From: Candidatus Micrarchaeota archaeon
GTDB taxonomy: Archaea > Micrarchaeota > Micrarchaeia > Norongarragalinales > Norongarragalinaceae
Assembly (NCBI GenBank): GCA_018304285.1
Contig: JAGVWL010000036.1
Coordinates: 1 to 41,114, forward strand
Length of the DNA stretch: 41,114 nt
Direction of reading: 5' to 3'
A program made the position numbers and the translations under genes. Each line of letters begins with the position of its first letter. Positions within the stretch are counted from its first letter, which is position 1. Positions 1 through 8,090 of the stretch are shown here, piece after piece. A model generated the notes under the pieces. That model saw only the letters and a program-made list of their open reading frames with translations. It was not told where the DNA came from and made no database searches.

Positions 1-1
1 C

Positions 2-271
2 ATTCAGAAGAAGCTTTTCCTCAAAGCCAAGCTTTTCCTCGAGTCGCACACTACGCTAGTCAAAAACATGAACGAGTTCAAGGCTGCATTGGACGAAACC
101 AAGGGTTTTGTCGTAGCCGGGTGGTGCGGGGACGCGCGGTGCGAAGAGGCAATCAAGGAAGAAACGACCGCGAGCATAAGGCTGGTTCCTTTCGACGCTG
201 CTGCGAAAGGCGAGTGCGTGTACTGCTCGAAGCCCGCGAAAACCACGGCGCATTTTGCGAAAGCCTACTGA
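2..271 (+). CDS. proS: Prolyl-tRNA synthetase, C-terminal fragment (5' end lies outside the window)
   Basis: The frame is open from the window edge. The tail GFVVAGWCGDARCEEAIKEETTASIRLVPFD...GECVYCSKPAKTTAHFAKAY matches the Cys-rich C-terminal domain and terminal Tyr of archaeal/eukaryal-type ProRS. Confidence 0.75.
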   Translation: MQKKLFLKAKLFLESHTTLVKNMNEFKAALDETKGFVVAGWCGDARCEEAIKEETTASIRLVPFDAAAKGECVYCSKPAKTTAHFAKAY

Positions 272-288
272 TTTTTGAATCGTGTATA

Positions 289-413
289 TAGCCCCGGGCG
301 GAGTCGAACCGCCGTTCGTGGGTTTCTTCAAGCGCAGGAGTTGCTCGCCCCTAAAGGCTCGCTTATCCGCACCTGCCAAAGCCCACTGTACTGGGCCGCT
401 ATACGACGGGGCT
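289..413 (-). tRNA. tRNA-Gln(UUG) with a 52-nt intron (324..375) between positions 37 and 38
   Basis: Hand-folded cloverleaf. Acceptor AGCCCCG/CGGGGCU. D stem GUAU/GUAC. Anticodon stem GUGGG/CCCAC. Loop CUUUGG|A after intron removal. T arm GGCGG-UUCGACU-CCGCC. Discriminator A. A BHB-like fold is possible: CUUU:GAAG central helix flanked by 3-nt bulges GGC and AAA. No CCA is encoded. The anticodon call is less certain than the tRNA call. Confidence 0.7.
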
Positions 414-438
414 ACAGGAGATTATTTGAGTTCAACGC

Positions 439-447
439 ATATTTTAA
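439..447 (-). promoter_or_regulatory. TATA-like box for tRNA-Gln
   Basis: TTAAAATAT on the minus strand, centred about 30 nt upstream of the tRNA 5' end. This is typical archaeal TATA-to-TSS spacing. Confidence 0.45.
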
Positions 448-478
448 CTTACTTCAGCCGATACTTTGAGGTGATGTA

Positions 479-643
479 ATGACGCGCGGTGGAAAAGGAA
501 AAAAGAGAGGAAAAGCTCTACGAAACATTTTCGGGAGAATTGTGACCTATTCCAAAGCCAAAACGCACGGAATTAAAAGCATCATAACCGGCAAGGTTAA
601 GAAGCGCATAACGAGGAAACCAACGCGCCTCAAACCTTGGTGA
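479..643 (+). CDS. Hypothetical 54-aa highly basic protein
   Basis: ATG preceded by GAGGTGA (468..474) with a 4-nt spacer. Product MTRGGKGKKRGKALRNIFGRIVTYSKAKTHGIKSIITGKVKKRITRKPTRLKPW is about 35% K/R. It is below the 60-aa cutoff of the supplied ORF track. No family recognised. Confidence 0.4.
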   Translation: MTRGGKGKKRGKALRNIFGRIVTYSKAKTHGIKSIITGKVKKRITRKPTRLKPW

Positions 644-695
644 GTTTAAACCAATATTTTATATTATTGCACTGCGTTTTTCTGTCAGGGGAGGC

Positions 696-1199
696 TTGGA
701 ACCTATGAAGAAACGCAATTTCGGCAGAGGGTTTTTCGACGACGATTTCTTCGCCGAGTTCGAGCGCATAGAAGAAATGATGCGCGACATGCTCGACGAA
801 CACATGGAACACCTCGACGATTCGGACTTGAAGCAAATGGAAGGCTCGCGCCCCAAGATTTACGGTTTCACCCTCGAGTTCGGGCCCGAAGGCAAGGGAA
901 AACTCACTGAATTCGGCAACACCCATTCGATGCAGAGGCAAGAGCAAAAGCAGAAGAAAGGCGAGCCGTTCGTCGACGTCATAAACCACCCTGAAAACGT
1001 TACGGTCATAGCCGAATTGCCGGGCGTGGACGAAAAGCACTTGGACGTCAAGGCTTTCGCCAAGCAATTGAGCTTGCGCGTGACCGACCCGCAAAGGCTT
1101 TTCTCGAAAACCGTGGTTTTGCCCGCGGAAGTCGACCCCAAAACGCTAAAACGTTCTTTGAAAAACGGCATTCTCGAACTCGTTTTGAAGAAAGCGTAG
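696..1199 (+). CDS. hsp20: Small heat-shock protein, Hsp20/alpha-crystallin family
   Basis: C-terminal alpha-crystallin domain: VDVINHPENVTVIAELPGVDEKHLDVKA...KRSLKNGILELVLKK. Confidence 0.85.
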   Translation: MEPMKKRNFGRGFFDDDFFAEFERIEEMMRDMLDEHMEHLDDSDLKQMEGSRPKIYGFTLEFGPEGKGKLTEFGNTHSMQRQEQKQKKGEPFVDVINHPENVTVIAELPGVDEKHLDVKAFAKQLSLRVTDPQRLFSKTVVLPAEVDPKTLKRSLKNGILELVLKKA

Positions 1200-1203
1200 C
1201 GAA

Positions 1204-1812
1204 ATGGACAGGCAGCAGCTGCAAACGCTAGTTTCCTCGACAGGAGCTTCTATTCCTATTGCCAACGCTTTCGCGAAAACCGACCGGGCAGAGTTCGTTC
1301 CGGAAGAGCTGGAAAGCGTGGCGTACGAAGACAAGCCCGTTCCCCTGCCTGAAGGCCAGACTACGTCACAACCCTCCCTTATTGCGCTAATTCTCGACCA
1401 CCTCGCCTTAGGCAAAGGCGCGCGCGTTTTGGAAGTGGGAACAGGATTCGGTTTTCAAACCGCTTTATTGAGCGAGTTGGTGGGTGCAAAAGGCTTGGTA
1501 GTCTCCATTGAATATTTCCGGTCGCTGCACGAGCAGGCGAAAAAGCGTTTGGCGGGAAGGAAAAACGTCTTGCTTTTGCACGCAGACGGCAAGAAAGGTT
1601 TTGCGGAGAAAGCGCCTTTCGACGCGATAGTGGTGAGCGCAGCTTGCGCAGAGCTTCCGCCTAAGCTGTTTGCGCAGTTGAAGAAAGGCGGGCGCTTGGC
1701 GTACCCGCAGGAAACGGGCTTCGGGCAAGACCTGGTGCTAGTGGAAAAGACGGCGGAAGGAAAAAAGAAAACCACGCCCCTTCTGCCAGTAGCGTTCGTG
1801 CAGTTGCGTTGA
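1204..1812 (+). CDS. pcm: Protein-L-isoaspartate O-methyltransferase
   Basis: QTTSQPSLIA motif and SAM-binding motif VLEVGTGFGFQTALLSELVG. DAIVVSAA...LKKGGRLAYP follows. The start is 4 nt after the hsp20 stop. Confidence 0.85.
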   Translation: MDRQQLQTLVSSTGASIPIANAFAKTDRAEFVPEELESVAYEDKPVPLPEGQTTSQPSLIALILDHLALGKGARVLEVGTGFGFQTALLSELVGAKGLVVSIEYFRSLHEQAKKRLAGRKNVLLLHADGKKGFAEKAPFDAIVVSAACAELPPKLFAQLKKGGRLAYPQETGFGQDLVLVEKTAEGKKKTTPLLPVAFVQLR

Positions 1813-1839
1813 AAAACCCTTAAATACCAAGAAAACGGA

Positions 1840-2319
1840 ATGTTGATTATGGTTAGAATTCTTCCATTGCCTGAAGGCGTTTCGGAAATACGCTATGCAG
1901 CGGCTATGCGACCTTTTAAGCCTGGTTTGCAGAGGCTGGCAGCCAGAAAAATAATATTGAAATACGGTTCGGTTGTTGTCAATGCCTTGAAAGAAGAAGG
2001 CGTTCATGCTTTGAACGCATTCTCCGAGCATGGACAAAAGGCGGTTGATTCGTTTAAAGGCCACGGCCTTTCCGCTTTAGACGATTACCGAACGAGCGGT
2101 TCGGTTGTGTTCGCAGTTTTACCTCATTTGAAACAGGCGCATATCGATGGAGTAAAACGCATTTTGGGGGAACAGTTTCTTGCTGCCGGAGATTACCGAA
2201 CTCTAAAGATAATGCTTGACGAGCACTATGCGGCTGGTTTAGCAAGACTGATAACTTCCGAACCAAAAAACTTCAAAAAGATATTCGAAGATACTAGCGC
2301 CAAACGCCGCAAAGGCTGA
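1840..2319 (+). CDS. Hypothetical protein (159 aa)
   Basis: Only long ORF in this interval, with a T-run after the stop. No recognisable motif. An alternative start is ATG at 1849. Confidence 0.45.
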   Translation: MLIMVRILPLPEGVSEIRYAAAMRPFKPGLQRLAARKIILKYGSVVVNALKEEGVHALNAFSEHGQKAVDSFKGHGLSALDDYRTSGSVVFAVLPHLKQAHIDGVKRILGEQFLAAGDYRTLKIMLDEHYAAGLARLITSEPKNFKKIFEDTSAKRRKG

Positions 2320-2449
2320 TTTTTTTTCCAGTGGTCTTTCTATTCTTAGAGGGAAAAGCACCGGAAGCACTGGAAAGCCACTCTCTCTGCAGCTTTAAAA
2401 ACAAAAGTCTAGTGGTTAGTCTCCGCGTTTTTTGGCGGGGTGATTTCGC

Positions 2450-2551
2450 ATGATGTGCTTGAATTGCGGCAGGAAGTTCGACTCGTGCTGCGGCGACGAG
2501 CAAGAGTTTTGCCCGTCATGCTCATTCGGCCGATGCGCGGTTGGAATTTGA
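2450..2551 (+). CDS. Mini zinc-ribbon protein (33 aa), paralog 1
   Basis: MMCLNCGRKFDSCCGDEQEFCPSCSFGRCAVGI. It has CxxC plus CPSC, with GGCGGGGTGA upstream. A TATA-like CTTTAAAAAC lies near 2391. Confidence 0.45.
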   Translation: MMCLNCGRKFDSCCGDEQEFCPSCSFGRCAVGI

Positions 2552-2575
2552 ATGCAAACGGAGGGGAGTGGGGAG

Positions 2576-2668
2576 ATGCTGTGCTTGAACTGCGGGAGGA
2601 AATTCCAGCTGTGGAGTGAAGGAGAGCCGGACATCTGCCTGGTTTGCGGCTCGACCGAGTACGCTTGA
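2576..2668 (+). CDS. Mini zinc-ribbon protein (30 aa), paralog 2
   Basis: MLCLNCGRKFQLWSEGEPDICLVCGSTEYA. It has CxxC...CxxC, with GGAGGGGAGTGGGG upstream. The first about 27 nt are near-identical to the preceding mini-ORF. Confidence 0.5.
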   Translation: MLCLNCGRKFQLWSEGEPDICLVCGSTEYA

Positions 2669-2707
2669 ACAGGAGAGTTTCTAGAGGAAAAAGAGAGGTG
2701 GTTTGAA

Positions 2708-2833
2708 ATGAAGATAGACGTTTCGCAATTGCCGTACGAGGCAGTAATGAACGCCGTTGCAAAAAGCAGGTGGGTGGTGAAAAACTTCGTCTGCGACAAC
2801 GGAAGGGTCGTGTTGGACTGCGCACCCGCGTAG
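2708..2833 (+). CDS. Hypothetical 41-aa protein
   Basis: MKIDVSQLPYEAVMNAVAKSRWVVKNFVCDNGRVVLDCAPA, preceded by AGAGGTGG. Third in a same-strand series directly upstream of smc. Confidence 0.35.
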   Translation: MKIDVSQLPYEAVMNAVAKSRWVVKNFVCDNGRVVLDCAPA

Positions 2834-2964
2834 AATCCGGTGGGATTTGGGAAAGGGGCTCGCGGCGTTCCACAACCCCCAAGGGGACGCCGTGGCTTTT
2901 TCCCTATAGGCTTAAAAAAACTTTTACCCTTCTTTTTCCATAGTTTTCCGAGGAGAAACCCGCC

Positions 2965-5900
2965 GTGTTCGTAAGCAAAATCCAGTTTCAAAACTTCAAG
3001 AGCTTCAAGAAGGGAGACATAGCCTTACAGCCGGGCTTCAACACTATCGTCGGTCCCAACGGCAGCGGAAAGTGCGTTAAAGGAGATTCCAAGGTAATCC
3101 TTCCGGACGGCAGGGTTTGCGAGATAAAAAGCTTGGTTGAAGACGCTTTACTTTCGGATTCCAACGCTATCGACGACGGTTTCGTTTCTCTTAAACCCGG
3201 GATTAGCGTTTTTTCCCTGAATCCCAAAACACTGAAAGTCGAGGAAAAGCCAGTAACCGCTTTTGTTAAAAGAAAAAGCCCGCAGGAGTTGTTCGAGCTT
3301 TCAACAAGAACTGGCAGGAGAATTACTTCAACGGGCTATCACCCGCTTTTGGTGCTTAAAGATGGCATTTTGCAAAACCTTCCTGCAGACCAGCTGGAAA
3401 AAGGAATGGTGGTCGTCATCCCGCGCAGTTTGAATTTTCGCGAGCAGCAATTCAATCCGCTTGTGGCGTTGGCGAAGTTAGATTCGTCTTTATACTGCAC
3501 CTCGAGCGAACTCCGCTCGTTGCTTAAGAACAAGAAAAAAGCTTTATGCGTTTATTGGAAGCAAATCGCGGCAGAGTCTCAAGTTTCCTTGACCGCATTG
3601 GAAAGCTTTTTGGAAGGCCAGGCAATCAAACTCAATGATGCTTTCAAATTGTGCGTCTGGCTGGGTTTGGGTGAGTTTGAGGCTGGCAATTACCTGAAAT
3701 TCGTAAAGGGAAGGAGTTTCAACAAACCCATTCGAATTCCGGAAGTTTTCAGCGAAGATTTGGCTAAATTTTTAGGCTACGTCATTTCGGAAGGGCGTGT
3801 TGCAAACAACGAGGTTTTTTTCTACAACTCTTCTCCAGAAGTCTTGGCGGATTTCGAAGGGTTATGCGAAAGGCTGTTCTCTAAAAAACCAGTGATGTGT
3901 TTTAATGGCAATCAAAAGTTTCTTTTGCTGGTTGGAAAGCCGGTAGTTGCCCTGCTTGATTACGTTTTCAAAGTCAGGGAGTACGGGCATTCCTCGACGA
4001 AACAAGTTCCGCCCCAACTGTTCCACTCGAGCTTGGATGTTTGCGGAGCCTTCCTCAGCGCTTACTTGGACGGAGACGGCAGCGTTTCAGCAGAAACAAA
4101 GGGCTTGGAGGCAACCTCCGCAAGCAAGAACCTCGCTTGGGGCTTGCAATTGCTGCTTTCAAAATTCGGGGTAGTGTCGACATTGCACGAGTGCGTTAAA
4201 TACGCTTCTAACACCACTTTGAAGACGAGGCGGTCTTACTGGAGGATTGCAGTCCAAGGCCTCGATAACCTTTCCAGGATGAAGGGCTTTCTCAAGTTCT
4301 CCATACTGCAAAAGCGGATTGCTTTTGAAGCGCTTTTCGAAGCGGACTATTCGCGTTCAAACGCATTGTTTGATTCGATTCCTGGCGCTGAAAAACTCGC
4401 TAAAACCGTGTTAAAGCAAACAGGTTATGGAAGTAAGAGGCTGAGGCGGGTAAAGCCAAGCCTGCTTCGGGCTTATGCCGAAAAGCGTTGCTCTCCTTCT
4501 GTGAAAGGCCTGCGGGCTTTAGTTTCGTTTGCACGTGAAAAGGGAGTTGTTACTCAAGAACTCGAGTGGCTTGAGACGCTCAGCGAAAGCGGCGTTTATT
4601 GGGATGCGCTTGTTGAAATCAGGAAAGTAAGCGGCGAAGAATGGGTTTATGACCTGTGCGTTGACGGCAATCACAATTTCCTTGCGGAAGGGATTTTCGT
4701 TCACAATAGCAACGTTTGCGACGGGCTGCTGTTTTCTTTCGGCGAATCCCGCTTGAAAACTATGCGCGTCAAGAAAATCCGCGACTTGATTTTCGAAGGG
4801 GCATCGGTGGCCGAGGCGACGGTAGTCTTGTCCGACGGCGCTCGCGAGCGCGTGATAAAACGCGCGGTGCGCAAGGACGGCAAGATAAAATACTCTCTCG
4901 ACGGAAAGCGCGTGAAGAAATACGTTTTGGAAGAATTCCTGGCGCAAAACAGCATTGCCCTGCACAATTTCATCAAGCAAGGCGAAGTCCAGCGCATCGT
5001 GGAAATGAATTCGAAAGACCGCAGGCTCATGATTGACTTTATCGCAGGCGTTTCCGAGTACGAAGAGAAGAAGAGGGAGGCGTTTGGTGAATTAGATAAA
5101 GTCCAGTCGAAAGTCTCGGAGGAAAGGGCGGTCATTTCGGAGAAGGAAGGGTATTTGCAGGAGCTTGCCGAGGAAAAGAAGAGCGCCGAAAAGTTCGTGG
5201 GGCTGGATTCCGAACTCAAGAAGACGAAGGCGACGGTGCTGCGCCTAGAGCTGGACGTTCTCGAGAAAGAGTTCGAGACGCTCATCAACTCGGGCTTGGA
5301 TTTGGACAACAAAATCCGCGCTTTGGGCGACGAGATAAAAAGCCTGGAAGACCGCATTGCGGAAACGAACAAGCGAAAGGACGACGTGAACAAGCAAATC
5401 ATCGAAAAAAGCGAGGGCAAGGAAGGCGAAATACAGCGGCAAGTTGATTTGCTGCAGAACGAAATCGACAATTCCAAGAAACTCATCGAGCAGAACAAGG
5501 AAGAGCTTAAGGCGAGGGACAAGACGCTTGCAGAATCTTCTGTTGAAAAGCGCAAGGCCGAAGACTCGCTTTCCTACGCCAAGAAAGAAGCGATGGAGCT
5601 CGAGGAAGAGCTTTCCTCGACCCAAAAAATCCTTGGTGAAAAACAGGCCGAATACGACGCAATCGTTTCCAAAAGCGAAGCCTTCTCGCAGCAGTTCCAC
5701 CACGCCCGCGCGCAAATGTCTTCGCTCGAACAGGAACTGCTGCAGGTGAAAGACAGGCTCAACCAGCTGCAGGGCGAAGTTTCCACGAGCGAAACGATTT
5801 TGCGTTTGAAGCAGGACGAGCTAGAACGGCTGCAGTCGGGGCGCGGGGAAGACCATTCGGACGAGAAAGGCGTTTTGTCGAAGCACGTTGAAAACCTTAC

Positions 5901-8049
5901 TGCAGAGTTGCGCAAGCTCGACGCGCAAGTCAAGGACTTGGCTGTTGACGAGCAAAAGTTTACGAACGCGCTGGAAAACCTCGACGGGGAAATTTTGAAG
6001 TGCAAGGAACGCATTTCCGTCGCCGACGCGCGATTGCGCGCAGCCGGAAGCAGCAAGGCAGTCGAAATCGTGGAAAAGCTGCGCGGGGAAATGAAGGGAG
6101 TCTACGGCACGGTCCAGCAGCTTATCGATTACGAGCAGGCATATGCCTTGCCCGTTTCCATAGCGTTGGGAAACAGGATGCATTACGCGGTCGTCGATTC
6201 CGTGAAAACGGCCGGCAAGGCCATTGATGTGCTGAAGAAAAACAATTGGGGGCGGGTTTCGTTCATTCCTTTGGATAAGATAAAACCCGCGCCCATCAAC
6301 GCCGACGAAGCAAAGCTCAAGGGCGAGAAGGGCGCGGTGGATTTCCTCATCAATCTATTGAAGTTCGAAAGCGACTTCGAGAAGGCAATAAAATACGTTT
6401 GTTCGAACACGCTGGTAATGCAGGATTTCGCTTCGGCGGAAAAGCTCGTCGGGAAAACGCGAATGGTTACCCTCGACGGGGAGCTTTTGGAGCAAAGCGG
6501 GCTTGTGACCGGCGGAAAGTCGAGGGAGGAAATCAATCCTTTTGCCGAAGCCAAGGAACTCAAGAAATGGGAGGACCGGCTGGACGGGATAAAAGGCGAA
6601 AAGGAAGGGTACGCGCAAAGGCTTTCGCAAGCGCGCGGGGATTTGGGCGACATGCGCAAGCGCAAGGCGGAATTGGAAGTAGAGAAAACCAAGGCGGAAT
6701 TGGAATTGCGCAACATTCTCGAGCAGGAGAAGGCGTGGGAAGAGAAGAACAAGAACGTCGTGCGGGCGGCAGCGCAGTTGAAGCAGGACGTCAGCGACTT
6801 GAAGCGCGGCATCGACGACAAGTCTCAAGAGCGCAACGGTTTGGTGCGCAGGATTTCAGACTTGAACTCGAAATACTTGCAAGCGAAGGAAATGGTCGAC
6901 TCGGAAAAGGAAGCGCAGTTCGGAACCCTAGTGCGCGAGAAGGAAAAAAGGCTTTCCGACTTGAAAATCCAAGTCGCGGATTACTCCAGCCAGATTTCCG
7001 GCAAAAAGGCGGCAGTCTCGTCGCTGGAAAAACAGTTTGAAGTGCACGAAAAGCGCGAGAGGGAGTTGGAAGGGGAAGCGAGGCGCTTGCGCGAGGAGAA
7101 CGACGCGGCGGACGAACGCATCCAAAGGAGCAATTTGGAATTGCGCGTGAAGATCGAAGAGCAAAAGCGCATTTCATCCGCAATACGCAATCTGCTGGAA
7201 GCGAGGGAAGAGCATGAAAAGCAGGTTTCGGCTTTCGGCGAAATGAAGGGCAAGGTGCAGGCGGATTTGGAACTTCGCATCAAGCCCAAGCGCGAGGAGC
7301 TCGGCTACAAGCGAGCTGGAACCGAGGCAAGGCTCACGGAATTGAAAGCGCAATACTCTGCTTTCGAGGGCGTCGAGCTGGTGGATGGCGAGAAAGGGGT
7401 TTTGCTCGTGCGGACTAAAGAGCTGGAGCAGGAGATTGTTGCGTTGGGCGCAATCAACATGCGCGCCATCGACGCTTTCGAAGAGAAGACCCGCGAGTTT
7501 GCGCAGCACAAAGAGCGCTTGCAGCAGCTGGAAAACGAACGCCTCGCGGTGCTGGCGCTGATTACCGAAATCGAGGGAAGGAAGAAGGAAACGTTCATGG
7601 CTGCGTTTGAACGGGTGAATGAAAACTTCCAAAAGCTGTTCAAGCACATTTTCACGGGCGACGGCTCGCTGCTTTTGGAAAACTCCGAGAACCCGTTCGA
7701 CGGCGGTTTGACCATGCAAGTGAAGCTGCAGGACAAGGAAGTGAAATACCTGGAGCTGATGAGCGGCGGGGAGAAATCGCTTTTGGCGCTTTTGTTCATT
7801 TTCGCAATGCAGGGCATTAACGCGTCCAGCGTGTACGTCCTCGACGAGGCGGACGCTGCGCTGGACGAAGAAAACTCGACGAAACTAGCGCTTTTGCTGA
7901 AGGCGTTATCGGATAGGACGCAGTTCATCGTGGTTACGCACAACGAGGCTGTTTACAGGAATGCCGATTGCCTCGTGGGCGTTGCGATGGCAGGCCGCGA
8001 GGGCAGCAAGCTCGTGGAAGTTAAATTGTCGCAAGCTGCGAAAGTTTGA
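2965..8049 (+). CDS. smc: SMC chromosome-segregation ATPase carrying an intein (1694-aa precursor, about 1149 aa after splicing)
   Basis: GTG start with GAGGAG upstream. N-terminal head FKSF...IVGPNGSGK. Long coiled coils. Hinge (GVYGTVQQLI...). C-terminal head with signature LSGGEKSLLALLFIFA and Walker B VYVLDEADAALD. Confidence 0.95.
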   Translation: MFVSKIQFQNFKSFKKGDIALQPGFNTIVGPNGSGKCVKGDSKVILPDGRVCEIKSLVEDALLSDSNAIDDGFVSLKPGISVFSLNPKTLKVEEKPVTAFVKRKSPQELFELSTRTGRRITSTGYHPLLVLKDGILQNLPADQLEKGMVVVIPRSLNFREQQFNPLVALAKLDSSLYCTSSELRSLLKNKKKALCVYWKQIAAESQVSLTALESFLEGQAIKLNDAFKLCVWLGLGEFEAGNYLKFVKGRSFNKPIRIPEVFSEDLAKFLGYVISEGRVANNEVFFYNSSPEVLADFEGLCERLFSKKPVMCFNGNQKFLLLVGKPVVALLDYVFKVREYGHSSTKQVPPQLFHSSLDVCGAFLSAYLDGDGSVSAETKGLEATSASKNLAWGLQLLLSKFGVVSTLHECVKYASNTTLKTRRSYWRIAVQGLDNLSRMKGFLKFSILQKRIAFEALFEADYSRSNALFDSIPGAEKLAKTVLKQTGYGSKRLRRVKPSLLRAYAEKRCSPSVKGLRALVSFAREKGVVTQELEWLETLSESGVYWDALVEIRKVSGEEWVYDLCVDGNHNFLAEGIFVHNSNVCDGLLFSFGESRLKTMRVKKIRDLIFEGASVAEATVVLSDGARERVIKRAVRKDGKIKYSLDGKRVKKYVLEEFLAQNSIALHNFIKQGEVQRIVEMNSKDRRLMIDFIAGVSEYEEKKREAFGELDKVQSKVSEERAVISEKEGYLQELAEEKKSAEKFVGLDSELKKTKATVLRLELDVLEKEFETLINSGLDLDNKIRALGDEIKSLEDRIAETNKRKDDVNKQIIEKSEGKEGEIQRQVDLLQNEIDNSKKLIEQNKEELKARDKTLAESSVEKRKAEDSLSYAKKEAMELEEELSSTQKILGEKQAEYDAIVSKSEAFSQQFHHARAQMSSLEQELLQVKDRLNQLQGEVSTSETILRLKQDELERLQSGRGEDHSDEKGVLSKHVENLTAELRKLDAQVKDLAVDEQKFTNALENLDGEILKCKERISVADARLRAAGSSKAVEIVEKLRGEMKGVYGTVQQLIDYEQAYALPVSIALGNRMHYAVVDSVKTAGKAIDVLKKNNWGRVSFIPLDKIKPAPINADEAKLKGEKGAVDFLINLLKFESDFEKAIKYVCSNTLVMQDFASAEKLVGKTRMVTLDGELLEQSGLVTGGKSREEINPFAEAKELKKWEDRLDGIKGEKEGYAQRLSQARGDLGDMRKRKAELEVEKTKAELELRNILEQEKAWEEKNKNVVRAAAQLKQDVSDLKRGIDDKSQERNGLVRRISDLNSKYLQAKEMVDSEKEAQFGTLVREKEKRLSDLKIQVADYSSQISGKKAAVSSLEKQFEVHEKRERELEGEARRLREENDAADERIQRSNLELRVKIEEQKRISSAIRNLLEAREEHEKQVSAFGEMKGKVQADLELRIKPKREELGYKRAGTEARLTELKAQYSAFEGVELVDGEKGVLLVRTKELEQEIVALGAINMRAIDAFEEKTREFAQHKERLQQLENERLAVLALITEIEGRKKETFMAAFERVNENFQKLFKHIFTGDGSLLLENSENPFDGGLTMQVKLQDKEVKYLELMSGGEKSLLALLFIFAMQGINASSVYVLDEADAALDEENSTKLALLLKALSDRTQFIVVTHNEAVYRNADCLVGVAMAGREGSKLVEVKLSQAAKV
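3073..4707 (+). mobile_element. Intein (545 aa) with a LAGLIDADG homing-endonuclease domain, inserted in the SMC Walker-A loop
   Basis: Junctions GPNGSGK|CVKGDSKVILPDG and EGIFVHN|SNVCDGLLF. Block B-like ITSTGYHPLLV. Two LAGLIDADG motifs (LAKFLGYVISEGRV and FLSAYLDGDGSV). Block F-like WVYDLCVDGNHNFLA. Removing it restores GPNGSGKSN. Confidence 0.85.
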
Positions 8050-8090
8050 GGTTTTGGGGGATTGCCGTAATCACAGCCTTATAGTGTTCG

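Noticed and set aside
376-381. Alternative reading of the first tRNA as tRNA-Pro(UGG), prompted by the adjacent proS gene and the UUUGG loop sequence.
   Set aside because: It requires shifting the anticodon stem by one base and placing a pyrimidine at position 37. The 5-bp stem GUGGG/CCCAC and the BHB-like fold favour UUG (Gln).
4701-7943. Multiple long minus-strand and off-frame ORFs inside smc (for example 4701..5555, 5574..6056, 6183..6821, 7305..7943).
   Set aside because: They are low-complexity Ser/Arg/Leu-rich translations antisense to the GAA/AAG-rich coiled-coil coding region. They are shadow ORFs with no start signals.
8050-8090. Expected scpA/scpB kleisin genes next to smc.
   Set aside because: They are not present, since a convergent P-loop gene follows smc. 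Many archaea encode them elsewhere, so their absence here is not informative.
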